A stretch of 64,000 nucleotides of DNA from Clostridia bacterium (lineage in GTDB: Bacteria > Bacillota > Clostridia > Lachnospirales > Bianqueaceae): positions 14,492-78,491 of the forward strand of contig CAAFMN010000024.1 in assembly GCA_900764045.1 (NCBI GenBank). The letters are read 5' to 3'. Numbering within the stretch: position 1 is the stretch's first letter; the number at the start of each line of letters is the position of its first letter. The position numbers were made by a program, and so were the translations under genes. Below, piece by piece: positions 49,840 to 60,004 of the stretch. A model generated the notes under the pieces. That model did not search any database, was not told where the DNA came from, and saw only the letters and a program-made list of their open reading frames with translations.

Positions 49840-50859
49840 ATGAACTTGGAGTTGACGTTTATTATTCCAGCATATAATTGTGAAAACTCACTTCGCAGAT
49901 GCGTTGCCAGCATAGAAAACGACATTCAGGAAAGTAGTGCTCCTTGTGAAGTACTTATTATAGAAAATGGATCAACCGATAAAACCTGGTGTGTAGCGGA
50001 GGCTTTGAGAGAAGAGCATGAAAATATTGTTCTCTTAAAAAGTGATAAAGGTGTATCGAAAGCCAGAAATAAAGGAATAGAACAAGCGCATGGCAAACGG
50101 ATTGCTTTTGTCGATGCTGATGATGAGTGGATTCACGGATCCATAGCGAAAATACTGAAACATGTGGAAAATGGCTGTATTGATTTATTGATGTGTGGGT
50201 ATTATAAAGGCGAAAAGCTCATTGCCCATGATTATAAAGCCATGAACACGGTATTTTTCGATGACTTGGATGATTTTAAGGCGTGGCTATTGGTGAGGCC
50301 GACAGTGCGTATGCAGGTTTGGGCAAAGGTTTTCAAAAAAAGTATAATAGAGCAATATGATTTGCGATTCAATGAAGGACTTTCTTTCTCGGAGGATTCA
50401 GAATTCCTTTTAAGATATGTTCAGAATTGTTCTTCGGTGCTTGTGTTGGACTTTCCTGTTTACAGATACTCGTGTTCTGGCGTATCCGCCGTGAGAACAT
50501 ATAGCCCAGATAGACAAAAGATGTATTTAAAGTCTCTGGAGGTCACTTCAAAAGATATTGAACCCGAGTCGGCAACTGTGAGAGAAGCCTATGTGGAATA
50601 TGTGCTGGCGCATCTAAATCTGATTACGGTACATGACATTTTTGACTTGCAAATCAAAGGCTCTTTTTGGAAAAAGTACAAAAATATGAGAAAATTGATA
50701 AAAGAGCCGACGTTTGAAAGGGCATTAAAGGATATTCCTTTCAAAAGCTGTTTAACGATGCAGTTGTCCCCCGAGGCCTGCATAAAATGTCATCTTAGCA
50801 TAATGGCTGGAGTAATCTGCTATTTAAAGGCATATCTGAATTTTAGGCAACAGAGATAA
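49840..50859 (+). CDS. glycosyltransferase family 2
   Basis: TFIIPAYN motif and a DAD motif (FVDADDEW). Confidence 0.8.
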   Translation: MNLELTFIIPAYNCENSLRRCVASIENDIQESSAPCEVLIIENGSTDKTWCVAEALREEHENIVLLKSDKGVSKARNKGIEQAHGKRIAFVDADDEWIHGSIAKILKHVENGCIDLLMCGYYKGEKLIAHDYKAMNTVFFDDLDDFKAWLLVRPTVRMQVWAKVFKKSIIEQYDLRFNEGLSFSEDSEFLLRYVQNCSSVLVLDFPVYRYSCSGVSAVRTYSPDRQKMYLKSLEVTSKDIEPESATVREAYVEYVLAHLNLITVHDIFDLQIKGSFWKKYKNMRKLIKEPTFERALKDIPFKSCLTMQLSPEACIKCHLSIMAGVICYLKAYLNFRQQR

Positions 50860-50964
50860 AATTCGCTCCTAAAAAGATTTGCGATAATGCTTATAATGCA
50901 TCACTATCTATTATAGGCCAGCAGTCAATAATATTTGTGGAATGTTCGAGGTGGAAAATAAACA

Positions 50965-51837
50965 ATGCAGGCAATCCTTGTAATAGCGCACAAAAACATA
51001 GAGCAGGTTACAGAGCTCTCTAAACTATTGAAAAGAAAATTTGAAGTTTATATTCATATAGACAAAAAATGCATAGTGCCAGAGCCCCAGATGCGTATGT
51101 TACTAAACACAGGTGCTCATGTCTTTCAAAAAGTGGATGTTAGATGGGGTGGGTGGGGCGTTGCGGAAGCTGCCCGTGTTTTGTTTAGAGAAGCCTTGAA
51201 AAATAAGGACATTACATACATGCACGTTATTTCCGGAGAGGATTATCCCGTGAAATCTCCGGAGATAATATATAATTTTTATGAAAACAACAACAAAATC
51301 TATATGCAGTGCAATCCAGCTGAGGGATCTGTGAAGTCTGGAGAGTCGCAGGTGCTTTGGCAGAAGTATTATTTCGATTATGATAAAATCAACAGAAGAA
51401 CAACATTTGGAAAGATATATCATAGATATACTCTTCTGAAACAGACACTATTGCATGTTGATAAATTCAAAGAGTTAGGCGTGAATTTGAAACTGTATCA
51501 AGGTGCAAACTGGATGGACATTCCAAGAGATGCAGCTGAGTTCTTCATGAAATATTTTGATGAGCATGAAAATGTGAGAAAGCTGTTTATGACTGGTTAT
51601 TGTCCAGATGAATTTTGGATTCAGACAATTTTGAAGAATTCTGAGTTCGAAGCAAGGATAGACGGAGATATACACAGGTATGTCAAGTGGGAAAAGCAAT
51701 ATGATAATTATCCTGCTGTGTTGGACGAACGTGAGTTCTCTAAGATCAAAGGCGGGAACTATCATTTCGCCAGAAAATTCAATCCACAGTATTCAGCTGC
51801 GTTGATAAGAATGATCGATGATGAATTGCTTTCCTAA
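50965..51837 (+). CDS. GT14-like (Core-2/I-branching family) glycosyltransferase
   Basis: ILVIAHKNIEQVTEL N-terminus resembles bacterial Branch-domain proteins. Confidence 0.5.
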   Translation: MQAILVIAHKNIEQVTELSKLLKRKFEVYIHIDKKCIVPEPQMRMLLNTGAHVFQKVDVRWGGWGVAEAARVLFREALKNKDITYMHVISGEDYPVKSPEIIYNFYENNNKIYMQCNPAEGSVKSGESQVLWQKYYFDYDKINRRTTFGKIYHRYTLLKQTLLHVDKFKELGVNLKLYQGANWMDIPRDAAEFFMKYFDEHENVRKLFMTGYCPDEFWIQTILKNSEFEARIDGDIHRYVKWEKQYDNYPAVLDEREFSKIKGGNYHFARKFNPQYSAALIRMIDDELLS

Positions 51838-51864
51838 ATTACAATATAGAGGGAACAAAAGGCG

Positions 51865-52968
51865 ATGAGAATTTTAGTATTTGGTATGACGGAGAATCCA
51901 GGAGGCGTAGAGAGCTTTCTAATCAACTACTATCGTCATATAGACAAAAATAAAATACAGTGGGACTTCCTCTGCAACTCTCATAATCCTGTTGCGTATG
52001 AGGACGAGTTGATAAGCCTTGGCGGTCGGTGCTTCCATATCTCGGCCAGAAGCGCAGACAGGCAGAAATATCGGCAGGAGCTTGACTCTGTTTTTAAGGA
52101 GCATGCGAAAGAGTGGAGCGCAATCTGGGTGAACGTGTGTAGCCTTGCCAACATTGATTATTTGAAGGTTGCAAAAGAATACGGGATCGAAAAGCGAATC
52201 ATACACAGTCATAACTCTCAGAATATGGATAATTGGCTGCGCGGACTGTTACATAAATGGAACAAGCGACAGATCGGGAAAATTGCCACGGATTTCTGGG
52301 CTTGCTCCGAGGACGCGGCAAAGTGGTTTTACAGTGGTGAGACACTGAAAAAGGCCGTGGTGATCCACAACGCAATTGATGTGGAGCGTATGCGTTTTGA
52401 CGAGGAAAAAAGAAAAGCCATCCGCACAAAATACGGATGGAAGGATAAGTATATTATTGGAAATGTTGGAAGACTTCATTTCCAGAAAAATCAAAGCTTC
52501 GCACTTGATATTTTTGCGGAATATCTGAAAAAGAACAAGAATGCACTTCTTGTTCTGGTCGGTCAGGGCGAAGATGAACGAATGCTGAAAGAGAAGGCTG
52601 ATAAGTTGGGCATAGCGGATAGAGTATTCTTCGCTGGGTTGCAAAGCGACATTCAAGCGTGGCTGAGCTGCTTTGATTTGTTTCTGTTCCCATCAAGGTT
52701 TGAAGGTCTAGGTATAGCAGCTTTGGAGGCACAAGTCAATGGCTTGACCACAATTTCTTCAAAAAAAGTTATTCCGGATGAGGTCAAAATGAATGATAAC
52801 TTCTATTTCATGGATTTGGAGGCCGGAGCCGAAGCGTGGAGCAAACAGATTGAAGAGATAAGTGGATACGAGCGCGCTGAGTACAGCGAGGTGAAGAAGC
52901 GTTTCGTTGAAAAGGGCTACGACATAGACACAGAGACAGGCAAGCTGGAAACGCTGTTGATGGGCTAA
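51865..52968 (+). CDS. glycosyltransferase family 4 (GT-B)
   Basis: EGLGIAALEAQVNGL C-terminal GT4 motif. Confidence 0.8.
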   Translation: MRILVFGMTENPGGVESFLINYYRHIDKNKIQWDFLCNSHNPVAYEDELISLGGRCFHISARSADRQKYRQELDSVFKEHAKEWSAIWVNVCSLANIDYLKVAKEYGIEKRIIHSHNSQNMDNWLRGLLHKWNKRQIGKIATDFWACSEDAAKWFYSGETLKKAVVIHNAIDVERMRFDEEKRKAIRTKYGWKDKYIIGNVGRLHFQKNQSFALDIFAEYLKKNKNALLVLVGQGEDERMLKEKADKLGIADRVFFAGLQSDIQAWLSCFDLFLFPSRFEGLGIAALEAQVNGLTTISSKKVIPDEVKMNDNFYFMDLEAGAEAWSKQIEEISGYERAEYSEVKKRFVEKGYDIDTETGKLETLLMG

Positions 52969-52992
52969 GACGATGAAAGAGGAAGCAGTTTC

Positions 52993-54042
52993 ATGGATAA
53001 ATATCAAATTGTGGAGACGACCGAACAATTCAATCATGCTGGAACAAAAGCCACCGCAGATATTTCGGTGGTCGCCGAGAAAATGGGCTTTCAAAAGCTC
53101 TATTTGAAGATGCGCACCACAAAGTCGGGCTATCTTGCAAAGGCGCAGCGCCAGGTGGGGTATTATATCGACTGGAACAACTGTTATCAGGCGATAACAG
53201 AGGGAAGCGTTGTGCTGTTGCAGCATCCGTTCCATTATCCGCAGCTTACAAGAGATAGGTTGCTCTACAAGCTGAAAAAAGAGAAGAAGGTCAAGTTTAT
53301 CTCGGTTATGCATGATGTGGAGGAGCTGAGAGCGTTCCGCTACAACGACTACTACAAGAGAGAGTTTGAGGTCATGCTTGATATTGCGGATGTTATCATC
53401 GTCCACAATCAGGTGATGCTTGATTGGTTTGTGGGGCGCGGTGTGCCAAGAGAAAAGCTTGTCAATTTAAAGTTGTTTGATTATTTGATCGACGCTCCAA
53501 CACCCAAGAAGGTCGATTTTGAAAGGAGCATCAATATCGCCGGCAATCTGGATGTGACGAAATGCGGCTATATCAGTCAGCTCGGCCAGCTGGAAGGCGT
53601 AACGGTGAATCTATACGGTCCGAATTTTGATGAAAAAATGCGGCAGTGTAAAAATATCGTCTATCACGGCTCTTTTCCTGTGGCTGAGATACCGAATCAA
53701 CTTAATAAGGGATTCGGGCTTGTGTGGGACGGAGATAGCATTGACGGCTGCAAGGGACTGTCAGGACAGTATCTGAGGTATAACAATCCACATAAGATGT
53801 CGCTTTATATCGCCTCTGGACTGCCGATTATTATTTGGAAGGAAGCGGCTCAGGCGAAGTTTGTGGAAGAGAATGGGATTGGGATTTGCGTGGGTAGCCT
53901 TGAAGAAATAGGGGGTACTTTATCACGCATATCTGAAAACGAGTATTGTGGTCTTATCGAGAATGTAAATAAAATAAACAATGAAGTTACAACTGGAAAA
54001 TATGCGGAGAACGCACTTTATTTGAGCATTAAAATGCTTTAA
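52993..54042 (+). CDS. putative glycosyltransferase (WbbI/WciB-like, possible galactofuranosyltransferase)
   Basis: 349-aa soluble protein inside a glf-containing locus. Family assignment is tentative. Confidence 0.4.
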   Translation: MDKYQIVETTEQFNHAGTKATADISVVAEKMGFQKLYLKMRTTKSGYLAKAQRQVGYYIDWNNCYQAITEGSVVLLQHPFHYPQLTRDRLLYKLKKEKKVKFISVMHDVEELRAFRYNDYYKREFEVMLDIADVIIVHNQVMLDWFVGRGVPREKLVNLKLFDYLIDAPTPKKVDFERSINIAGNLDVTKCGYISQLGQLEGVTVNLYGPNFDEKMRQCKNIVYHGSFPVAEIPNQLNKGFGLVWDGDSIDGCKGLSGQYLRYNNPHKMSLYIASGLPIIIWKEAAQAKFVEENGIGICVGSLEEIGGTLSRISENEYCGLIENVNKINNEVTTGKYAENALYLSIKML

Positions 54043-54088
54043 ATCAATAACTAAGAGAATTACGTCAATTTTTACGATGGAGGAATAC

Positions 54089-55339
54089 ATGAAACTAAAC
54101 CACAAATCCCACTCGCTTCTGAAGATGTATGACATTATATTATATTTGATGGCATTATCTTTTATCCTTTCGTCCGGTTCGATGTATACCGTAATAACTG
54201 ATTATTATGACGCAGGCATTACAGATTCGCTATTCGTTAAAATTTTCTGCGTTGTGGGATTTATATATTGGATCTTGCTTGTCTCAAAAAAGAATAAGAT
54301 TAAAATAAAAGCTCTGATTTTTCCACTCACAGTCGTTGCTTTTTTTGCTATATATTTATTGTTTACTGGAATTGGCGTTATGCCCTGCATTTCCCAAATG
54401 GTTTTGCCGTTCACCTTATTATTTATGATTTGTGCGCAAGAAGGTCCAAAGCTTTTTCTTGAAAAATTTTTTGATAAATATTCACAAATAATGTCGTTAA
54501 TAGCAATTGTCTCACTTGTGTTTTATTTTTTAGGTACACTTGGTGGCATGCTTCCTAAGAGCGAAATACAATATTACAATAATCGCTGGACTTATAGCTG
54601 CTATAGCTATTTTAATATTTACTTTGAGAATCCTTTACAAAATCTGTCTTATGCACCACGAAATGTCGGCGTGTTCATGGAAGCCCCTGGATTTGCGATT
54701 GCTCTCTTATATGCCCTCTTTTGGAATTTGGTTAAGGAGAAAAAAAATAAAGTTATAATTGTAATTCTACTCGTTACCATGGTGACAACTTTATCCACAA
54801 CTGCAATCGTTGTTGGTGGTCTTTTGATATCGTTGTATTATTATTTTAATGCAAAGAATCGCTCAATTAAAATAGCTTTAAGAGCATTTACACCATTACT
54901 TGTTGTATTGGCTGCGTGGATGGTATATCTGATTATGAAGGCAAAAATGACAACGGGGAATTCTGGATCGGTTTTGATCCGGCTTGACGATATTGGAGCT
55001 GCCTGGAAATCGTTTCTACAAGCTCCAATCTTTGGAGTGGGTTTCTATAATCTTGAGGCAATTTACAGTAACTACACCTATACTACATTAAAAGGTAATC
55101 CGACATTTGGACTTTTAAATATTCTTGCTTATGGTGGAATATATTTAGGTCTTTACTATTACGGAGGACTACTATGGTTTGCTAAATCGAATATTCTTGA
55201 CAAAAATGGAAAAATCTTGTTCGTTTTTATGATGGGCGCTCTTTTATGTTCTAGCCCAATGCAGTATAGTATTATGCTATATCTATTTATAAGTGCTGGA
55301 TATGTTGCTAAGCTTAGCATAGCACCTCGGCTAAAATGA
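54089..55339 (+). CDS. wzy: O-antigen/EPS polymerase (Wzy-like) membrane protein
   Basis: About 10-12 TM helices with a large periplasmic loop. Start is the ATG after RBS ggagga. Confidence 0.6.
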   Translation: MKLNHKSHSLLKMYDIILYLMALSFILSSGSMYTVITDYYDAGITDSLFVKIFCVVGFIYWILLVSKKNKIKIKALIFPLTVVAFFAIYLLFTGIGVMPCISQMVLPFTLLFMICAQEGPKLFLEKFFDKYSQIMSLIAIVSLVFYFLGTLGGMLPKSEIQYYNNRWTYSCYSYFNIYFENPLQNLSYAPRNVGVFMEAPGFAIALLYALFWNLVKEKKNKVIIVILLVTMVTTLSTTAIVVGGLLISLYYYFNAKNRSIKIALRAFTPLLVVLAAWMVYLIMKAKMTTGNSGSVLIRLDDIGAAWKSFLQAPIFGVGFYNLEAIYSNYTYTTLKGNPTFGLLNILAYGGIYLGLYYYGGLLWFAKSNILDKNGKILFVFMMGALLCSSPMQYSIMLYLFISAGYVAKLSIAPRLK

Positions 55340-55391
55340 ATAAAAACAGTCATGTAAATAAAGAATACAATTTATCAAATGGAGAAAATGG

Positions 55392-56837
55392 ATGAGACAG
55401 AAATCTCTAAAACTAAATTTTATTATGAACGCCATCCTTACGATGTCGTCATTTATATTTCCTCTTATAACTTTTCCATATGTCTCCCGCATTCTTTTGC
55501 CAGAAGGTACTGGAAAGGTATCATTTGCGACATCCGTAATCTCGTACTTTGCGATGTTTGCTCAGCTCGGTATCCCTACTTATGGCATCCGCGCCTGCGC
55601 AAAGGTAAGAGACAACCGTAAAGAGCTGACCAAAACAGCACAGGAAATCTTCATAATCAATATTGCAATGACGGTGCTTGCTTATGCTGTTTTCTTAGTT
55701 GCGTTGTTTACAGTTCCTCACTTGCAGCAAGATAAAACATTGTTTTTGATTGTCAGTACAACAATGATTTTTAATGCCATCGGGATGGAATGGCTTTATA
55801 AGGCATTGGAGCAGTATACATACATAACTGTTCGTTCTATCATCTTTAAATTTGTCGCCTTGGTTGCGATGTTTCTTCTGATTCACGAGAAAAGCGATTA
55901 TGTAATTTACGGTGGAATCTCCATATTGGCATCTTCGGCATCGAATGTATTTAACTTTATTAACATACATAGATATATTGGCTTTCGCCCAGTAGGACAA
56001 TATAATTTTAAACGACATCTACAGCCCATTGCTGTGTTCTTTGCAATGTCATGCGCTATGACGGTATATACGAACCTGGACACCGTGATGCTTGGATTCA
56101 TGAAGACAGACACTGATGTCGGATATTACAATGCCGCTGTGAAAATCAAAAATATTTTGGTAAGTGTGGTGTCTTCTCTTGGCACGGTTCTTTTACCGAG
56201 AGCGTCGTACTATGTCGAGCATGATATGCTGAATGAGTTTAAACGTATCACAGGCAAAGCCATAAATTTTGTGTGGTTGGTTGCACCGCCGCTCGTTGTT
56301 TATTTCATCTTATACGCAAAAGAAGGCATCGTTTTGTTATCTGGTGATGCTTATTTGGGCTCGGTATCTGCGATGCAACTTATTATGCCAACTGTGTTTC
56401 TTATAGGTTTATCTGGAGTTATGGGCATCCAGATTTTAGTACCCCTTGGCAGAGAAAGAGTTGTTCTTCACTCCGAAATTGCTGGGGCAATAGTTGACTT
56501 GATTATCAATTGGATGCTTATTCCATCAATGGCTTCAGTTGGAGCTGCGATAGGCACACTTGTTGCCGAGGCTGTTGTTACAGTCTGGCAGTTTGTCGCA
56601 CTGCGTGATACTGTCACAGCTGCTTACAGAGAGGTGCATTATTTGCCGATAATAATCGGCGTTTTGCTGGGTGGCGCAGCATCTATATGGGTAAAAAGCC
56701 TTAGCTGGACGGAGTTTCCTACTCTGACCCTGTCCGCGATACTGTTCTTTAGTGTGTATGCAATTGTCTTGACACTAGCAAAAGAACCAATGACAATTGA
56801 GGTCGAGAAATATATGCTTAGGAAACTACGGCACTGA
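55392..56837 (+). CDS. wzx: oligosaccharide flippase (Wzx, MOP superfamily)
   Basis: 481 aa with about 14 TM helices and a polysaccharide-biosynthesis-protein signature. Confidence 0.8.
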   Translation: MRQKSLKLNFIMNAILTMSSFIFPLITFPYVSRILLPEGTGKVSFATSVISYFAMFAQLGIPTYGIRACAKVRDNRKELTKTAQEIFIINIAMTVLAYAVFLVALFTVPHLQQDKTLFLIVSTTMIFNAIGMEWLYKALEQYTYITVRSIIFKFVALVAMFLLIHEKSDYVIYGGISILASSASNVFNFINIHRYIGFRPVGQYNFKRHLQPIAVFFAMSCAMTVYTNLDTVMLGFMKTDTDVGYYNAAVKIKNILVSVVSSLGTVLLPRASYYVEHDMLNEFKRITGKAINFVWLVAPPLVVYFILYAKEGIVLLSGDAYLGSVSAMQLIMPTVFLIGLSGVMGIQILVPLGRERVVLHSEIAGAIVDLIINWMLIPSMASVGAAIGTLVAEAVVTVWQFVALRDTVTAAYREVHYLPIIIGVLLGGAASIWVKSLSWTEFPTLTLSAILFFSVYAIVLTLAKEPMTIEVEKYMLRKLRH

Positions 56838-56928
56838 ATTTGATGTGTAAAGTGTAGGACGGATTAAAATGATTTGGCTGATTTGACGAAGGAAGCTTTT
56901 AAATGACAATTTAGATAAGGAGTATGAC

Positions 56929-58347
56929 ATGAAAAAAATATTATATTATAATTGGACACCTTTGGATAGTTCTGAGGGAGGTGGTGTCGCTGTATATCAG
57001 CGAAATTTGATCGATTCTCTGGGGGGGAGTTACAGCGTAACATATCTTAATTCGGGATACACTTATACTTTTGATAAAAAGCTTCGTTTAAAAGAAAAAG
57101 CATGCCCAGATTATCCCGAGGTAAAAACATTTGAGGTCATAAACTCTCCTGTCCTTGCTCCGGTACAACAGTCAATAAAAAATATTGATATTTATCTGCA
57201 CGATGAAAGCCTTTATAAGCTTATCAGAAATTTTATTATATCTCAAGGCGGATTCGATGTGATTCATTTTAATAATCTGGAGGGGTTGTCGCTTAAGGTT
57301 CTGAGTTTGAAAAAGGACTTTCCTGATACCACATTTATTTATTCAGTCCATAACTACTTCCCTGTATGCAGCAGAGTCAACCTGTGGAAAGATGAGGCGC
57401 AGGGCAAGGGACATAATTGCAACAAAAGGGATTTTGCAGAGTGCGCAGCATGTTATAAAAGCAGGAGTTACAAAGGAGAAGTTACCTCGAAGATTGCAAA
57501 TCGCTACAAGGACAAAGATAAAGCAAAATGGGTCGCATTAAAAATCGCCTCGAAATTTTATACGCTTACCGAAAACGATTCTTGCGATTTGGACTTGTAC
57601 AGACAGTTCGAAGAGAAAAACATAGAATACATAAACCTCTATTTTGACCGGGTGCTTGCGGTTTCACAACGTGTAAAGACTATTATGCTTGAGCACGGTG
57701 CGGATAAAAGCAAGATCGAGGTATCTTATATAGGAACAGCAGTTGCCGAAGCACAAATGGGGTGTTGCAACGCAGAGGTTGATTTGGAAGAATTCAATAT
57801 GATCTATATGGGATATATGAGAGATGATAAAGGATTCTATTTCTTGCTTGATGCGTTAAAAAATGTCCCACCTGAGATCGCGGCTAAAATTTCAGTTACA
57901 TTTGCTGCTAAATATGATGAGAGAACACAGCGTCAGGATGTGGCCCAAATAATGGAGCTTAAAAGAATATATAAGAATATTAAGCTTGTAAACGGTTACA
58001 CAAAGCAAAATCAAAGAGAGCTTTTAACCGGGATCCACTTGGGGATTGTACCTGTATTGTGGGAGGATAATTTGCCTCAGGTGGCAATCGAGCAAGTCGC
58101 CTATGGTGTGCCAGTCCTGGTCAGCGACTTGGGCGGTGCCGCTGAGGTGTGCAACAACAAGCAGTTCGTTTTTAAAGCAGGTGATAGAAAAGACTTTTTG
58201 ACGAAACTGCAATATATTATAGAAAATAGGGAATGCTTGAATGATTTTTGGAAATATTCAATGCATTTAGTTACAATGGATCAGCATATCAATCAGTTGA
58301 ACCGTTTGTATGAAGGACCTACAGTTCGGAATTTGCATTGCGTGTGA
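56929..58347 (+). CDS. glycosyltransferase family 4 with inserted Cys4 cluster
   Basis: C-terminal GT4 motif (EQVAYGVPVLVSDLGGAAEV) and a C-x16-C-x7-C-x2-C cluster at about 57367-57453. Confidence 0.6.
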   Translation: MKKILYYNWTPLDSSEGGGVAVYQRNLIDSLGGSYSVTYLNSGYTYTFDKKLRLKEKACPDYPEVKTFEVINSPVLAPVQQSIKNIDIYLHDESLYKLIRNFIISQGGFDVIHFNNLEGLSLKVLSLKKDFPDTTFIYSVHNYFPVCSRVNLWKDEAQGKGHNCNKRDFAECAACYKSRSYKGEVTSKIANRYKDKDKAKWVALKIASKFYTLTENDSCDLDLYRQFEEKNIEYINLYFDRVLAVSQRVKTIMLEHGADKSKIEVSYIGTAVAEAQMGCCNAEVDLEEFNMIYMGYMRDDKGFYFLLDALKNVPPEIAAKISVTFAAKYDERTQRQDVAQIMELKRIYKNIKLVNGYTKQNQRELLTGIHLGIVPVLWEDNLPQVAIEQVAYGVPVLVSDLGGAAEVCNNKQFVFKAGDRKDFLTKLQYIIENRECLNDFWKYSMHLVTMDQHINQLNRLYEGPTVRNLHCV

Positions 58348-58472
58348 CTATTAAATAATAAAATTTTCAACCATTTTGTGAACGCAAGCTTCTAATGGAT
58401 AGGTCTACTTTATTTTCTTGTGAGATAAGTCGTTACTTTAAACTTAAAATAGGAAGGGAGTACAAGAGACTT

Positions 58473-59426
58473 ATGAAAACAACATTACTGATAATGGCCG
58501 CAGGTATCGGCTCCCGCTTCGGCGGTGGTATTAAGCAGCTTGAGCCGGTTGGCCTGCATGACGAAATCATCATGGACTATTCCATCCACGATGCCATCAA
58601 GGCAGGATTTAATAAGATTATTTTTGTAATCCGTAAAGATATAGAAGCTGACTTCCGGGAACGAATCGGTGAACGTGTGGAGAGCATCTGCAATAATGCA
58701 GGTGTGGAAGTAGGCTATGCTTTTCAGGATATTAATGATATTCCGGCATCCTATTCTGTTCCCACTGGCCGTACTAAGCCGTGGGGTACTGGACAGGCTG
58801 TACTTGCTGCGAAAGAGCTAATCCATGAGCCGTTTATGGTCATCAACGCGGATGACTATTACGGGAAAGAAGCGTTCAAGGCATTACACGACTGGCTAAT
58901 ACTGCCTCATGCGGACAACGCCATTGCTATGGCTGGATTCATTCTGAAGAATACACTATCTGATAACGGCGGTGTGACCAGAGGTGTGTGCAAGGTAGAA
59001 GAAGGGCATACGCATATTGTTGATGTTGTAGAAACGAGCAATATTGTGAAGACTGTTGATAGGGATGGCAATGTTGGAGCAGAAGCTGATGGCGTAAAAC
59101 TCAATCCGGACTCCTATGTTTCCATGAATATGTGGGGCTTCCCGGCTGCGGAAGGAGAGGCTCCTGCGTTCCTTCAAGTGCTTGAGTATGGTTGGCTTGA
59201 TTTCTTTAAGGATTCAGTATCGGCTAATCCTCTGAAAGCTGAGTATCTGCTACCGACGCTGATCGGTGGACTGTTGAGAACTGGTTCTTGTACTGTAAAA
59301 GTTCTGGAGACGAATGATAAATGGTTTGGTGTTACCTATAAGGAAGATAAGCCTGTGGTAGTGGAGAGCTTTAAGAAGCTGATTGCTGATGGTGTATACG
59401 GTGAGGAACTGTATAGAGATTTATAA
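58473..59426 (+). CDS. sugar-phosphate nucleotidyltransferase (NTP_transferase domain)
   Basis: LIMAAGIGSRFGG glycine-rich motif, about 318 aa. Start is the internal ATG after RBS ggaaggga. Confidence 0.6.
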   Translation: MKTTLLIMAAGIGSRFGGGIKQLEPVGLHDEIIMDYSIHDAIKAGFNKIIFVIRKDIEADFRERIGERVESICNNAGVEVGYAFQDINDIPASYSVPTGRTKPWGTGQAVLAAKELIHEPFMVINADDYYGKEAFKALHDWLILPHADNAIAMAGFILKNTLSDNGGVTRGVCKVEEGHTHIVDVVETSNIVKTVDRDGNVGAEADGVKLNPDSYVSMNMWGFPAAEGEAPAFLQVLEYGWLDFFKDSVSANPLKAEYLLPTLIGGLLRTGSCTVKVLETNDKWFGVTYKEDKPVVVESFKKLIADGVYGEELYRDL

Positions 59427-59462
59427 TTGGCGGTAGAGTTAATCAGAGATGGAGGATTTTCT

Positions 59463-59720
59463 ATGGCTGTATTTAGCAAAAAAGAAGAAAAAGTCACTGC
59501 AATTTTCGAGGCAATGGAAAATATCAATGACGAGCAGGAATTTAAGGATAAATTTAAGGCAACGTATCCGGACGACTGGAATAAAGTTAAAGCTACATTT
59601 AACAAGGAAGAGCGGGATACAAAACCAGGCAAGAACCACCCGATGCCATATCCGGATATTTATTTGAGCAATATGTATAAGGTTGGGCTTAAGAAATTTA
59701 AGGAGAGCAGAGGAGAATAA
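59463..59720 (+). CDS. hypothetical small protein
   Basis: 85-aa ORF after RBS ggagga, with no recognisable motif. Confidence 0.3.
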   Translation: MAVFSKKEEKVTAIFEAMENINDEQEFKDKFKATYPDDWNKVKATFNKEERDTKPGKNHPMPYPDIYLSNMYKVGLKKFKESRGE

Positions 59721-59724
59721 AGCG

Positions 59725-59935
59725 TCTGCATGATCGTACTTGGCCGTCTCCTGAAAGCGCACCTGTTTTTGCCAGTAGTAAAATTGGCCTTCGCCAATAC
59801 CACGTTCCTTGCACCATGCGTTGACTTTCATCCCGCTGGCTTTCTGCTCCTTGATGAGTTCGGTTCACTGCCGAAGCATGACCTGACGTTTTGTTTCCGA
59901 TATTTTCATGGCCTGTCCTCCGACGCTGAGCCAAT
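59725..59935 (-). mobile_element. truncated, frameshifted N-terminal HTH fragment of an IS transposase (family unresolved, IS3/IS66-like HTH)
   Basis: Minus-strand ATG at 59909 after RBS ggagga encodes MKISETKRQVMLRQ and stops. The next frame continues as TELIKEQKASGMKVNAWCKERGIGEGQFYYWQKQVR, and the coding stops abruptly at about 59725. Confidence 0.45.
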
Positions 59936-60004
59936 CCGCTTTATTGCAAAGTGACTCTGAAAACTCTGAAAACTTGAACATTAGTTGACTTAAGTTTTGA
60001 GCTT

